Shown here in pieces: positions 20,085 through 30,603 of a DNA stretch of 64,000 bases. The DNA is from Candidatus Poseidoniaceae archaeon (GTDB lineage Archaea > Thermoplasmatota > Poseidoniia > Poseidoniales > Poseidoniaceae). How positions within the stretch are numbered: position 1 is the first letter of the stretch; every line of letters begins with the position of its first letter. The position numbers were made by a program, and so were the translations under genes. The notes under the pieces were generated by a model. The model did no database searches. It had not been told where the DNA came from and saw only the letters and a program-made list of their open reading frames with translations. The stretch covers positions 44,009 through 108,008 of the forward strand of contig CASIAI010000003.1 of NCBI GenBank assembly GCA_949372655.1, in the 5' to 3' direction.

Positions 20085-21098
20085 TTGTCACAGGATAGTG
20101 GAGATCTACTTCAACATCCTAGGAGAAATCTCGGAAACCGTTATCGTTCACAATCTGAAAAGTTCGTAGGATTAGCTAATAGAGATAGATCTCGATTTGA
20201 TGATAATATGTCATGGGCTGAGCAAAATGCTAGGCAGGCGATATTGCATGACTTTACCGATGAAAGAAATTGGCGTTGTCTTGCAGATATCAAAGTGATA
20301 CTGGGGGATGGTGATGGTTTGTGTGCTGTTCTAGAAGATGTATTCTCAGTACTTGGCAGAGACTCTGAAAATATTGACCAATTGAAGGGAATCGACTTTC
20401 TTAAATTAGGTTTGGAATTATTAGAGGCTGCATTCTCCCGTGACCCACTTGAACCTGATATATGGTGGTCGAATCTGGCAAAGAATGATTCACTGAGTGA
20501 AAATATCGGGGAATTTGTTTCCCGATGTAAGCGACTGGACTTTACAGACCAGCGTGCTAATATCATATTTGGTAGACGTATTGAACGGTTAAGAGATTCA
20601 GGCTATACTGAGATTTTTATCGAATTATCTAAACATCTTCTTGCTCATAGGCCGAATAATCATGAATTATGGATGGAATTAGGTAGACTTCATGAGAGGC
20701 GTGGAGAAGTTGATGAAGCATGGATGTGCTATGATCATGTCCAAAATATTCGAGAACACCTAACACCGAGGGATGAATTCCTTTCTAGACTCACAGGTAA
20801 AATGGATGGTTTGGCCGACAAACCTTGGTCACAACCAACTGTTGAGAAGCGTGACCAATTCTTACAACAGATGCTAGAATTATCACAAAGAGTTTCCAAG
20901 CCAAGCGAAGTTCAAGAGAAAAACTCTAACGAAATTGAAGAATTATCTTCACAACATCCTGACTTACAAAGACTTCAAGACTTAATCAATAATGAAGATT
21001 TTTCCGAAGCGTTTTTCCTAGCAAGGAGACTATTATCTCAAGGCGAAGATTGGGCAGAGGAATGGCTCAGTCGAGCGAAATCTGGTTTTGGTGAATAG
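20085..21098 (+). CDS. TPR-like helical protein
   Basis: PNNHELWMELGRLHERRGEVDEAWMCY fits a TPR unit; GAGGTG SD before the TTG start. Confidence 0.7.
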   Translation: MSQDSGDLLQHPRRNLGNRYRSQSEKFVGLANRDRSRFDDNMSWAEQNARQAILHDFTDERNWRCLADIKVILGDGDGLCAVLEDVFSVLGRDSENIDQLKGIDFLKLGLELLEAAFSRDPLEPDIWWSNLAKNDSLSENIGEFVSRCKRLDFTDQRANIIFGRRIERLRDSGYTEIFIELSKHLLAHRPNNHELWMELGRLHERRGEVDEAWMCYDHVQNIREHLTPRDEFLSRLTGKMDGLADKPWSQPTVEKRDQFLQQMLELSQRVSKPSEVQEKNSNEIEELSSQHPDLQRLQDLINNEDFSEAFFLARRLLSQGEDWAEEWLSRAKSGFGE

Positions 21099-21501
21099 AG
21101 TGGAAGAGGAACCAATATTTACCTTAGCATGGGTTACATGTGTAGGTGAAGAACCAACTTTGATGGGAAATGGTGGCCGCGTTTTATTTGTTCATCACCC
21201 ACAACGTGGCTGGGAGATTCCAGGTGGTCACATAAATGATGGAGAAACACCTGAACAAGCATTGCTTAGGGAATTGGAAGAAGAAACTGGTTGTATTGGG
21301 AAATTATTGGCATGGAATAAGGAATATTATCCTAAGGGGTGGGTAGGTCACGTGATTGTTGATTGCCTCGAGAACATGCATCAGTGGCAAGTTGATGATA
21401 AGAATGTCAGTGAAGTAAGATGGTGGTCTGAAGTACCACCACTAATAGAATGGACTAAACAAGAGTTCGATGATTTAAGTGAATGGTGCGTTAATCTATA
21501 G
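21088..21501 (+). CDS. NUDIX hydrolase
   Basis: Nudix box PGGHINDGETPEQALLRELEEETG. Confidence 0.9.
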   Translation: MVNRVEEEPIFTLAWVTCVGEEPTLMGNGGRVLFVHHPQRGWEIPGGHINDGETPEQALLRELEEETGCIGKLLAWNKEYYPKGWVGHVIVDCLENMHQWQVDDKNVSEVRWWSEVPPLIEWTKQEFDDLSEWCVNL

Positions 21502-21502
21502 A

Positions 21503-22576
21503 TTATAGCATGGTTAAAACAGTAAGTCTTTTGTTCCATTTCTTCTGCATTTCTTCATCTTTAATACATGCTTGAATTATTGCTACAAGCATTGAGTCTT
21601 CGACATTATCTGGATTTGACAATAATTCGTTGAAAAGTTCTAACTTGTTAATTTTAGATGCAATACTTACCATTGCACGTAAATCTGGTCTTTGGTCTCC
21701 AGAATTAGATTTAGGTAATTGTGAAAAGCACCACATGAATACATCTTCAATATCTTGAATATTAGAATCATACTTTGGTTCATCATCTGTCGCACTTCTC
21801 GGCTTTGCGGCTTTTATTTGGACTTTCATACGTTCAGCATTTACATCTATACAATCCAGAGAAAGTTCGATAAATAGGGTTCCAGCCTCTATCGCCATAT
21901 TAGTTTGAAATGCCTTAATTGCATGAGCATGAGCGTTCCAAGCATGCCTTGCAGCATCAAAAATATGGCCTAAAGATGCTCGAATTCTACTCGCACCTAT
22001 CCTTGATATTGCAATTGTCTCATCAGCATGTTCGCCAGTGCGTGAAATTTCTGAGTAAACTGTTAGTGCCATCAGTGGTGCCCCTACAGCCATATGGAAT
22101 GCCGCTTTGTTGAGCAGCGATAAGTCATGGTCTCTACTGGCTTTGGAAACAGACTTTAATCGAGTTTCAGCCCAAGTTAGGTCTTCTTCAGCACCTTCGG
22201 TATCGCCGGATTCAAATCTACTTAGTCCACGCTCCATACGTAATCTTCCTTCTAGTTTCAAGTCTCGGGAGTCTCTATTTTTTGCTATTTCGATTGCCTC
22301 ATTTATTGCCTGTTCCAAGTGTTGGTCGCCTAACATTCTTCGTCGAACAAGACCTAATGTCGCCTTTTCAGCGACAGAAAGTTGATTTTCTACTATTTCT
22401 AAAAGTTCGGCAGCATCTAAGAACATAGCAGCCTCAGCCACCATTAGCCATGATTCAATCTTCATTTCCTCTTTCCATTCTGTTAATTGTTTAATTTCAA
22501 CAGGACCTTTTTCTCGCCACCTTGAGATTAAGAAACCTGGGGAATTTGGAACATCGATATGTGTCATAAATTTCAC
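21503..22576 (-). CDS. Uncharacterised helical-repeat (TPR-like) protein
   Basis: 357-aa Ala/Leu-rich helical ORF with a 4-nt overlap to the DHH gene. Confidence 0.65.
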   Translation of the reverse strand: MKFMTHIDVPNSPGFLISRWREKGPVEIKQLTEWKEEMKIESWLMVAEAAMFLDAAELLEIVENQLSVAEKATLGLVRRRMLGDQHLEQAINEAIEIAKNRDSRDLKLEGRLRMERGLSRFESGDTEGAEEDLTWAETRLKSVSKASRDHDLSLLNKAAFHMAVGAPLMALTVYSEISRTGEHADETIAISRIGASRIRASLGHIFDAARHAWNAHAHAIKAFQTNMAIEAGTLFIELSLDCIDVNAERMKVQIKAAKPRSATDDEPKYDSNIQDIEDVFMWCFSQLPKSNSGDQRPDLRAMVSIASKINKLELFNELLSNPDNVEDSMLVAIIQACIKDEEMQKKWNKRLTVLTML

Positions 22577-23580
22577 TCCTCTCTCTTAATTGATGCAACA
22601 TGGGCAATGAAAGCGGATTCAGCAGCGATTCTATCGGTGTTTCCACTCCATCCTGCAGCACCGCTATGTCCTCCACCATCTCCACCTATTTGTTTTGAGA
22701 CAGACTCCATAATTTCACCGAGATGTATGCCTTTTAGTGTAGTTTTTCTGGAAGCTCTTGCAGTCAATCTGGAGACACCCTCTCGATATCTACTGACCAA
22801 TGAAATTTCTGCACCTGTGCCAATCAGCAATGTTGCAAGACGTCCTTCTAGTGTTCCACTATTTGTGTAAACTATATTCCATCCACCCGAATCTATCGAT
22901 TTAGATCTTTCAAGACCCCTCAGTAAACTTCCTCTTTCACTTGGACTAGTTTCTTGACTTTCAATAAATTCGACCAATGAAGCATAATCAATTTCACTAT
23001 TTTCTAGTAGAGTAACAGTTGTTGAAAATGCAGACTTCCCTGCATGTCGATATCGTCCTGTATCGGTAATTAATCCAGCGAGAAGAAGTTTTCTAACAGG
23101 AGTAGTTAGGGCATCAGGGCTATACTGCGCTAGATATTTAGTAATGATTTCAGTAGTTGCTGAGACACTTGCTTTAATCATTACATCACCACCAGAGATA
23201 TCCCAATCATCGGTATCATGATGGTCAATTACACATTTCGGAATATTTTCTGGCAGATCAATTCCGACTTGAGAAGGAGATGCGGCATCAACTATTATTA
23301 TTCCCGATATTGATGGAGGCCAATTAGTATGACTAGCACCTATTTTACGGAAAGGTGCTGATAGATCTTCACAAACTTTCTTGGCAACTCTCCCAAGGTG
23401 TAGACCACAAGCCATCATATTGCTGTGTGAGGCTGATAAGGCGATTGCTGAGCCAACAGTATCCATATCACCGTTCATTCCGGTAAGTACGGGTACAGCA
23501 CCATTTTCACAATGCTTGTTTATCCATTCGTTTAACTTGCCCATCAAGGCCGATATGTCATGTGTATCCTTTGATGTCAC
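22573..23580 (-). CDS. DHH/DHHA1 phosphoesterase
   Basis: NGDMDTVGS, IIVD, IDHH, ITDTG, GGGHSGAAG. Usual position after prefoldin beta. Confidence 0.88.
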   Translation of the reverse strand: MTSKDTHDISALMGKLNEWINKHCENGAVPVLTGMNGDMDTVGSAIALSASHSNMMACGLHLGRVAKKVCEDLSAPFRKIGASHTNWPPSISGIIIVDAASPSQVGIDLPENIPKCVIDHHDTDDWDISGGDVMIKASVSATTEIITKYLAQYSPDALTTPVRKLLLAGLITDTGRYRHAGKSAFSTTVTLLENSEIDYASLVEFIESQETSPSERGSLLRGLERSKSIDSGGWNIVYTNSGTLEGRLATLLIGTGAEISLVSRYREGVSRLTARASRKTTLKGIHLGEIMESVSKQIGGDGGGHSGAAGWSGNTDRIAAESAFIAHVASIKREE

Positions 23581-23891
23581 TGAGATCCCTCTAGAACTTT
23601 CTTTAAATCTTCATATGAAGAAACAAGTTCTTTCTCGCGTGTTTCGAAACGTGACATGTGTTCATTTAGAGATTCAATATCTTTCAGTAAAACTTCATGT
23701 AGAGACTTTCTATCTGCAACTTCGATTAGAACTCCTCCTAATTGTTGATGGAGAGCCAGTTCCTTAGGTTGATTGTTAACAGCCTCAGCAGTTGCTTCCA
23801 ACTCTAATATCTGTGCTTTTAGACCAGCAATTTGTTGTCTTGCCGATTGAATTTCACTAACAATAATTTGAAACTGTTCCATGCTTTCCAT
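23577..23891 (-). CDS. pfdB: Prefoldin beta subunit
   Basis: Coiled coil, hairpin (QQLGGVLIE), coiled coil; superoperon context. Confidence 0.85.
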   Translation of the reverse strand: MESMEQFQIIVSEIQSARQQIAGLKAQILELEATAEAVNNQPKELALHQQLGGVLIEVADRKSLHEVLLKDIESLNEHMSRFETREKELVSSYEDLKKVLEGSQ

Positions 23892-23933
23892 AATCTCACC
23901 AATTCATCTCAAAGGGTAGGGGTTGATGAACTC

Positions 23934-24161
23934 TTAGTATTCATCAATAACATCTAGCAGAGAATCTACTGCTATCAAACCTCTAATTCTAGTATTCCAC
24001 ATAGCTCTTAGGTCTTTAGCTTTAGATTCCTTAATTTCAATATTAAAAGAATCACCAGACCAAGTAATCTCACAGTCGGTAATCAAAGCGGCTGAAAGAG
24101 ATTCAGTACATTCTTTATTTCGCGAATGGACATTTAACTTCAATATCCATTCACTAGACAT
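23934..24161 (-). CDS. pcc1: KEOPS complex subunit Pcc1-like
   Basis: 75 aa with DLRAMWNT.IR.L, resembling Pcc1 LRA..NS.LR. Lies between L37ae and prefoldin. Confidence 0.7.
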   Translation of the reverse strand: MSSEWILKLNVHSRNKECTESLSAALITDCEITWSGDSFNIEIKESKAKDLRAMWNTRIRGLIAVDSLLDVIDEY

Positions 24162-24179
24162 TTAGAAACCTCTGTGGTT

Positions 24180-24536
24180 TCACTCTTCTTCAGAGGAAGC
24201 CTCAGTTAGGCTTCTTTCATAGTCAAGAGCTGCTTGTTGAGCGATAAATGCCATATCAGCAGTAGTAGCTCCTTCAACTGAACGTCTTAGAATTCTACTA
24301 TTTGCATCGGATGCTCTTGTATAAGGCTCCCATGCTCCGCCAGCAAATTTGTAATTACACTTGCTACATTCCCAAATCCCTACAGATTTACGAGTAACTT
24401 TTCGATATTGACAAACCGGGCATGTATATTTGGCAGTTTTCTTGGCCAAAGCAGCCCCAGAGTTTCTTCTTACAGATACACCATATCGTGCACCAAATCT
24501 TGCCGTTGCGCCTGCCTTTTGTGTTCGTTTTGCCAA
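24180..24536 (-). CDS. rpl37ae: 50S ribosomal protein L37ae (eL43) with C-terminal extension
   Basis: RFGARYG, CPVC, GIWECSKC, FAGGAW. Confidence 0.95.
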   Translation of the reverse strand: MAKRTQKAGATARFGARYGVSVRRNSGAALAKKTAKYTCPVCQYRKVTRKSVGIWECSKCNYKFAGGAWEPYTRASDANSRILRRSVEGATTADMAFIAQQAALDYERSLTEASSEEE

Positions 24537-25322
24537 TCAGTTCCCCTCCTGGTTTGCCACGAGTTTTCGAAGTTCTGCACAGCGTAGCTGGGCTACATCG
24601 AATATCTCTGTGAATTCGGCGGGCGTGAACACCCCTCTTAACCCCTTTTGTAGTGAGTGAAGGTGACCTTCATCTCCAAGGGTGATGTGAATTCGCTCAT
24701 CTCCGCCCAATTCTTCCTCTTCTGAAGGGTCGTAAATGTATCTTCCACCAACTCTTGTGAAAGACGCCATGATAGGAGTTCCTTTGACTTTCAAAGTATA
24801 ATCTTCACCAACATCGAATCTTTCAGCAGGGACAATTGCAGTTCTTAGAGCAGCTATTGCAGCAAGTCCACAAGCATCGAAAATATTTCCGCCGTCAGAA
24901 AGTACATGGATATCAATCATTACTCCCCAGACTTTTTCACCTGGGACAATACATAGGCTTGCCATATCGATACATCCAGATTCACGGATTCCTCTATCGA
25001 CGACTCTACCTAGTTCGATAGATTCCGGAGAAGGAGGTCCTGGTTCATACTTTCTATGAGCCACAGGTCTAAGTTCTGCTCCACACATCAACGAACCTTC
25101 TGCAGGTCTATCAGGCCATGGGGTACGAATTTCGAATTTAACACCAGCATAAACAATAGTTTTACCCATTGTAACCTTGGCAGATCCTTCTGCATTGTAT
25201 AAGCAATCAGTTTCTAGAGTTATTTCCCTTGCTTCGAAGCGTGCACGACCGTCCATTCTTTGGTCCGATTCCGCCATTCTAGCAAGTTCTTGTCTAAGAA
25301 GAGTAGGAACTAATTCTACCAT
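24537..25322 (-). CDS. rrp42: Exosome subunit Rrp42
   Basis: RMDGR, AEGSA, EPGPP, ELGRVVDRGIRES, DGGNIFDA. Confidence 0.95.
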   Translation of the reverse strand: MVELVPTLLRQELARMAESDQRMDGRARFEAREITLETDCLYNAEGSAKVTMGKTIVYAGVKFEIRTPWPDRPAEGSLMCGAELRPVAHRKYEPGPPSPESIELGRVVDRGIRESGCIDMASLCIVPGEKVWGVMIDIHVLSDGGNIFDACGLAAIAALRTAIVPAERFDVGEDYTLKVKGTPIMASFTRVGGRYIYDPSEEEELGGDERIHITLGDEGHLHSLQKGLRGVFTPAEFTEIFDVAQLRCAELRKLVANQEGN

Positions 25323-26050
25323 CAGTTCTCACCTCCTTCATATCTTCTCTTGAGAGCATCAACCATAACTTCATGAATTTCTGCTGCTGCTTTGAAATTA
25401 TATTCCATGGCTAAATTATATTCATCAGGAGATAAGTCGCCGTCCATCTGAAGAAATGCGATCTCTCCAGTATTGGGGAGGATACCGACAGGCAAATCCG
25501 CTTGTCCGTAATTATCTTCAGCTTTGTCTAAGTCAAGTACAACAGTATCTTCGACTTTTCCAGAAGCGACTCCAACGATGAAGTCTCTCATAGGTATTCC
25601 AGCATCTGCTAGAGCAACTGAGGCTGCGGTAATTCCAGCACATCGAGTACCTGCTTCAGCAGCAAGAATTTCGATTTCCACTCGAATTTTAGATCTTGGG
25701 AAGCGTTCCACAAGAACTACTGATTCTAGAGCTTCAGCAGTGACCTTTGAAATTTCTCTGGATCTTCTATTGTACCCAGGTCTAATTCTATCACTCGTTG
25801 AAAATGGAGCCATATTGTATCTAACATCGATAACTGCTCTATCTTGTCTCTGAATCTTTCTAGGATGTGCTTCCATAGGTCCGTATACTGCTGCTATTGC
25901 AACATTCAGTCCTTGCGTAACTATTGCAGAACCATCAGCAGCAGGTAGTATCCCTGCTTCAATAGTAACCGGTCTCATTTCATCTATTTTTCTTCCGTCT
26001 AATCGTAGACCATCTTCTCTTAGTAATTGTACGTCGCCATATCCACCCAT
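25322..26050 (-). CDS. rrp41: Exosome subunit Rrp41
   Basis: [45 protein letters not shown]. Confidence 0.96.
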   Translation of the reverse strand: MGGYGDVQLLREDGLRLDGRKIDEMRPVTIEAGILPAADGSAIVTQGLNVAIAAVYGPMEAHPRKIQRQDRAVIDVRYNMAPFSTSDRIRPGYNRRSREISKVTAEALESVVLVERFPRSKIRVEIEILAAEAGTRCAGITAASVALADAGIPMRDFIVGVASGKVEDTVVLDLDKAEDNYGQADLPVGILPNTGEIAFLQMDGDLSPDEYNLAMEYNFKAAAEIHEVMVDALKRRYEGGEN

Positions 26051-26745
26051 TATTGTTCACCTCTATTTGGAGCATTATTTTCGTGTGCAGAAAGTTCTGC
26101 CTCGAATGTTTCTTTGTGGCCACATCTCTGAGCAATTTCTATTGCTGCACGTGACCATGCGATACCTTGCGCATCGCCGTCAACCCAAACCTTTCCGTTC
26201 TGTCCGACGATTATTCTGCAATCGCTGGCACTTTTGAGTCTTTCAAGTGTTGAATTATCTTTTCCTTTGATTCTATCAATATGATTCACAGGAATTGTAA
26301 GAAGTGCCCCTTGGTTCAGCCTTCTAAGACCAATACCTTTCATTGTTAGGACTACGTTGTGGCATTCATCGACTTCTTGCACACGTGCTAGTGCAACGTC
26401 GCCAATTCCCATATGTTGTCTTGCGGCTCCAAACTCTACTTTCCAAGGTGCTAGTGACATTGGAAGTAATCCTTGAAAGGCTCCATTGATATTCATGAAC
26501 CATAGATTATTTCTAACCTCGGCTACTGTTGCAACTATGAGGTCTCCAGAACGTGGGATGTATGAACTATTTATTGGGTCAACCGATACGGTGCCGTTAA
26601 ATTCTCTAACCCAACCTAACTTGGTTGCAATTATATCATCATCGTGTGCTACTGCACCACTTCCTATTCGCTTCCCGGCGGATGGCCCTATTGCCATACC
26701 CGGGGTCACGAGACGCAGCTCGGCGTCGCTTTGACCTTGGGACAT
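26050..26745 (-). CDS. rrp4: Exosome RNA-binding subunit Rrp4 (S1+KH)
   Basis: [25 protein letters not shown]. Start moved to ATG 26745. Confidence 0.92.
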   Translation of the reverse strand: MSQGQSDAELRLVTPGMAIGPSAGKRIGSGAVAHDDDIIATKLGWVREFNGTVSVDPINSSYIPRSGDLIVATVAEVRNNLWFMNINGAFQGLLPMSLAPWKVEFGAARQHMGIGDVALARVQEVDECHNVVLTMKGIGLRRLNQGALLTIPVNHIDRIKGKDNSTLERLKSASDCRIIVGQNGKVWVDGDAQGIAWSRAAIEIAQRCGHKETFEAELSAHENNAPNRGEQ

Positions 26746-26814
26746 TTTTTCTTCTCCAAAGCGGGCGAAACGACATCCCATGATAAAGCCGACCCCAAGA
26801 GGACAGTGATTAAA

Positions 26815-27501
26815 TCACATCTCTTTGACTTCTGTTTGTGAGGAAACTTTCATTATCATTCCGATAATTTCTCCCTTCATACCAGCGGGGCACTCTACAA
26901 CACAGGCCCATGAACCGTCTTCCAACCAGCCTTCTTTGACTTGATAGGGGCGTAGAAGACGGTGTGCTGTACCATAACCATTACCAGGAACTTTGAATGC
27001 CAGTCTGATAGTTTCGAATGAAAGAGGAATCAAAACTTTTAGTTTGTCAATAGCCTCTTTGATTTGTAGGTCTAGTTTCTTGAACGGGTCGACAGAGTAA
27101 CGAGATTCATCCAATGCAAGTTCTATTCGAGTTCTTGGATGGGGACTTTTAGATTTTGGGTCTACTGCCTGACTATGTATGTGGTGAATGATTTGCTGAC
27201 GCATACGTTCAACCAATTCTTTACGCTGATTAGTTGTGAGTTGAATACTTCCTTTTGTCAAAATTATTTTAGTGATTTCTAATATATCTTGAGTATTGAA
27301 AGTATTTTCAATAGATTCTTCGGTCGGTCTTTCACCAGAACGGGCATCATGGAATACTTCATCCATCGCTAAAAAATCATCTAAATTAACCGATTCAGGG
27401 TTATTTTTGAAATCATCAACCAAGTCTGGATCGACCAATAGTTCGTATCGCTTTCCACCCTTTTCCATTCGTGCCAAAACTGAATTATCTAGACTAACCA
27501 T
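26815..27501 (-). CDS. Ribosome maturation factor SBDS/Sdo1
   Basis: RYELLVDP, VFHDA, KGSIQLT, DPK..SPHP.TRIE.A. Confidence 0.95.
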   Translation of the reverse strand: MVSLDNSVLARMEKGGKRYELLVDPDLVDDFKNNPESVNLDDFLAMDEVFHDARSGERPTEESIENTFNTQDILEITKIILTKGSIQLTTNQRKELVERMRQQIIHHIHSQAVDPKSKSPHPRTRIELALDESRYSVDPFKKLDLQIKEAIDKLKVLIPLSFETIRLAFKVPGNGYGTAHRLLRPYQVKEGWLEDGSWACVVECPAGMKGEIIGMIMKVSSQTEVKEM

Positions 27502-27554
27502 ATGTCTCCCTCAATGTGCCATCATGTAGGCACTCAATGAGTCTAACGGTTAAA

Positions 27555-28277
27555 TTACTCTTCAAGAGGCTTCAATCTGTCAAGTTGCTTATTGACTTCG
27601 TCTCTGTCTAGAACTCTAAATCCATCCGAATCAATAACAGATACTTCAACAGCATCACGGTTTAGTTCTGCGTCATTGGATACTCTTAGTCCTTCAAGCC
27701 CCATCTTCATCGCTGCGTTTAGGGTCATGTTTTCTTTCCAGTTCTTTTCAAAGTATTCTATCACGGTATTTCTTCCGCTTCCAATAGCTCCTGCATGGTA
27801 TGACTGGTAAGCACCGCTAGGGTCGGTCTCATAGAGGTGAATTCCATTATCGTCAACTCCACCAATCAGTAAGGCTGTACCAAATGGTCTTGAACCACCA
27901 TATTGTGTGAATGATTGCTTAAAGTCACATATTTTCTTGATTAGTACATCAACTGGTACAGTAGCACCATAAGTGATACGATTTACCTGTGCTTCAACTC
28001 TTGCACGGGCAACCAACTGTCTCGCATCAGCGACAAGTCCAGATGTAGCAACACCTACGTGATTATCAATTTTGAACATTTTTTCAATAGATTCAGGGAT
28101 AATCAAACGACTAATTATTCTTTTATCACAAACTAGAACTACACCTTCTTTGAACTTCAACCCTGCAGTAGTAGTTCCTCTTTTGACAGACTCTCTAGCA
28201 TATTCAACTTGGAATAGTCTTCCATCTGGGCTGAACGTTGTAATTCCATGATCGTATCCTCTTCCACTTGGTTGCAT
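27555..28277 (-). CDS. psmA: Proteasome alpha subunit
   Basis: YDHGITTFSPDGRLFQVEYA, SGLVADAR, RPFG, ETDPSG. Start moved to ATG 28277. Confidence 0.97.
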   Translation of the reverse strand: MQPSGRGYDHGITTFSPDGRLFQVEYARESVKRGTTTAGLKFKEGVVLVCDKRIISRLIIPESIEKMFKIDNHVGVATSGLVADARQLVARARVEAQVNRITYGATVPVDVLIKKICDFKQSFTQYGGSRPFGTALLIGGVDDNGIHLYETDPSGAYQSYHAGAIGSGRNTVIEYFEKNWKENMTLNAAMKMGLEGLRVSNDAELNRDAVEVSVIDSDGFRVLDRDEVNKQLDRLKPLEE

Positions 28278-28434
28278 AATCTCACTTATCCCTTCCTTTA
28301 CTCGACACTTTATGAGCATGAGGGTTGATAACTCGTTACCAACTACTCTCGCTATGATAAATCAAACAGCCCGACCCATATAACTCCTACGAGTTTACCC
28401 TCAAATTCTTGAGGTAAGAGTATCTGCGCTTTTC

Positions 28435-29103
28435 ATGCGGGTTGCTATATTGTCATCTGGAGGAAAAGATTCCTCCGCAGCATGGTGGTGGGCAATGTGT
28501 AAAGGATGGGATATAGATTATTTAGTTACAGTCATTATCACAGGAGAAGATTCTTGGATGTTTCAAATACCTGGTACTAAAATCGTCGAAAAGCAGGCAA
28601 ATTTGGCGGGCTTGGAATGGATTAGTGTTGATAGTGAAGGTATCCAAGAGGAAGAAATCTTAGATTTAGAAGAGAAATTAAGAGATTTAAAAATTGATGG
28701 TCTAGTATCCGGAGCAATACGTTCGGATTATCAAAAGTCACGAATCGAGCGAATGTGTGATAGATTGAATATCAAAAGTTGGACTCCATTGTGGCATCAA
28801 AGTAGCCTTGGGCACATGCGTGGTTTAGTATCCAATGGATTTGAAGTAATGATCACAAGTGTATCTTGTGAAGGACTTACTGACAAGTGGATTGGACATG
28901 TTTTGACTGAGGATTCGTTAAAGGAAATGGAAGAATTATCTCAAAAATATCGATTCAATGTTGATGGCGAGGGTGGAGAATACGAAACATTGGTAGTTTC
29001 TGGTCCACACTTTGATGGACATCTTGATGTGAAGGGCTCTACTTATTGGGATGGTAAAAGAGGCGAATTAAAAATTGAGTCTGTAACTGAAATCAAGAAT
29101 TAA
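28435..29103 (+). CDS. dph6: Diphthine--ammonia ligase (Dph6-like PP-loop ATPase)
   Basis: SSGGKDS, GAIRSDYQ, PLW, GEGGEYET. Confidence 0.88.
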   Translation: MRVAILSSGGKDSSAAWWWAMCKGWDIDYLVTVIITGEDSWMFQIPGTKIVEKQANLAGLEWISVDSEGIQEEEILDLEEKLRDLKIDGLVSGAIRSDYQKSRIERMCDRLNIKSWTPLWHQSSLGHMRGLVSNGFEVMITSVSCEGLTDKWIGHVLTEDSLKEMEELSQKYRFNVDGEGGEYETLVVSGPHFDGHLDVKGSTYWDGKRGELKIESVTEIKN

Positions 29104-30445
29104 TAGCTTCTCTTGCCAATTTCACACACTCATCCACGATTTCACCAGAGTCACCAAGATGATTTACTGGGTCAAACATTGCTTCTAATTCTTCGATACT
29201 AAATGCAGCAGATATTTCTGGTGTCCTAGAGCATACATCGATTAATTCAATTTTCTTATCAACAGCCTCAAATGATGCTGAACGAAGAATTTCATGGGCT
29301 TCATCACGAGCAATACCATGTTCTACAAGTTCAATCATCACTTTTTCTGCCATAACGAGTCCTCTTTGAGATAGTATATTTTCCATACACCTTTCAGCAT
29401 CCACCCACATATTTGTCAAAACATCTCTGGTTTTTGCGATGACGTCTTCGCATAGCGCTGAGCCATGAGATAGAGTAAACCTCTCACTACTTGAATTAGC
29501 TAAATCTCTTTCATGCCATAGTAAGGCATTCTCATAGGTTGGAATGATCATAGAGCGAACAATTCGGGCTAGACCTGATGCGTTTTCAGATTTAATCGGA
29601 TTCTTTTTATGGGCCATAGTTGAAGATCCCACTTGCTTTTTAATATCGAATCCTTCTCCAGCTTCTTGGATTTCTGAACGTTGAAGATTTCTTACTTCCT
29701 GTAATATTTTTTCACAGGTAGTAGCGATATTAGCAAGCCATGAAACATATTCGATATATCTGTCACGACCGACTACTTGTGTAGTGGCAAGTGGTACTCC
29801 AAGACCCAAGTGTGTCATAATCAAACGTTGTAGTTCTCTAGCCTTTTCACCTTGAGCAGCACCTGTACCTACTGCACCTAGGAATTTCCCGACAGAGATC
29901 CTAGGTGATGCTTCATCGAGTCTGATAAGTTGTCTTCTTAGTTCATCTAACCAAACAGCGGCTTTCAATCCAAATGTGATAGGAACAGCTGCTTGACCAT
30001 GTGTTCTTCCTAACATCACTGTATCTCTTTCCCTTTCAGCAACATCGGCACAAACCTTGATCAATAAGCATAATTGTTCTCTAAGAAGAACTATGCTATC
30101 TCGTAATTGCAAAGCGACAGCAGTATCTACAATATCATTGGAAGTTGCCCCTAAATGAATACACCAACCAGCATCACCTGCTGCTTCGGCCATTGCCTTG
30201 GTGAGTGCCATGATATCATGCTTAGTTTCAGCCTCAATCTCTGAAACTCTTTCCTTGGTAACTGATTTCGGATTTGCGATTGCAGCTACAGCTTCGTAAT
30301 CTTCTTGCGAAACCTTTCCAAGTTGGAGGTGAGCCCAAATCAAAGCCCTTTCCACTTCTAATTGTCTTTCATGTCTTCCAAGTTCAGACCAAATATGTTT
30401 GAACTCTTGGCATCCGTATCGATAGTCTAATGGGCAAAAGGCCAT
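29093..30445 (-). CDS. purB: Adenylosuccinate lyase
   Basis: TKHDIMA, HLGATSNDI, GRTHGQ, GSSTMAHKKNP, LWHERDL. Confidence 0.96.
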   Translation of the reverse strand: MAFCPLDYRYGCQEFKHIWSELGRHERQLEVERALIWAHLQLGKVSQEDYEAVAAIANPKSVTKERVSEIEAETKHDIMALTKAMAEAAGDAGWCIHLGATSNDIVDTAVALQLRDSIVLLREQLCLLIKVCADVAERERDTVMLGRTHGQAAVPITFGLKAAVWLDELRRQLIRLDEASPRISVGKFLGAVGTGAAQGEKARELQRLIMTHLGLGVPLATTQVVGRDRYIEYVSWLANIATTCEKILQEVRNLQRSEIQEAGEGFDIKKQVGSSTMAHKKNPIKSENASGLARIVRSMIIPTYENALLWHERDLANSSSERFTLSHGSALCEDVIAKTRDVLTNMWVDAERCMENILSQRGLVMAEKVMIELVEHGIARDEAHEILRSASFEAVDKKIELIDVCSRTPEISAAFSIEELEAMFDPVNHLGDSGEIVDECVKLAREAINS

Positions 30446-30468
30446 GATTAATGGTCTTGAAAGAGACT

Positions 30469-30474
30469 CTTGAA
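30469..30474 (-). promoter_or_regulatory. Putative TATA-equivalent TTCAAG
   Basis: 23 nt upstream of purB ATG 30445. Confidence 0.55.
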
Positions 30475-30603
30475 CCTTCCTACATTGTTTGGTGAATCAA
30501 AAATATTTTTTTAGATTCGAATAATCAATGTGTACTAGGAAATATACATCTCTTGGAAAAATCTTGGGCGACAATAATAACCTCTTTAGATTCAAGTGAT
30601 TTT

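Noticed and set aside
28395-28417. Imperfect inverted repeat ttaccctcaa-attc-ttgaggtaa upstream of dph6
   Set aside because: Short, AT-rich and seen only once; could arise by chance.
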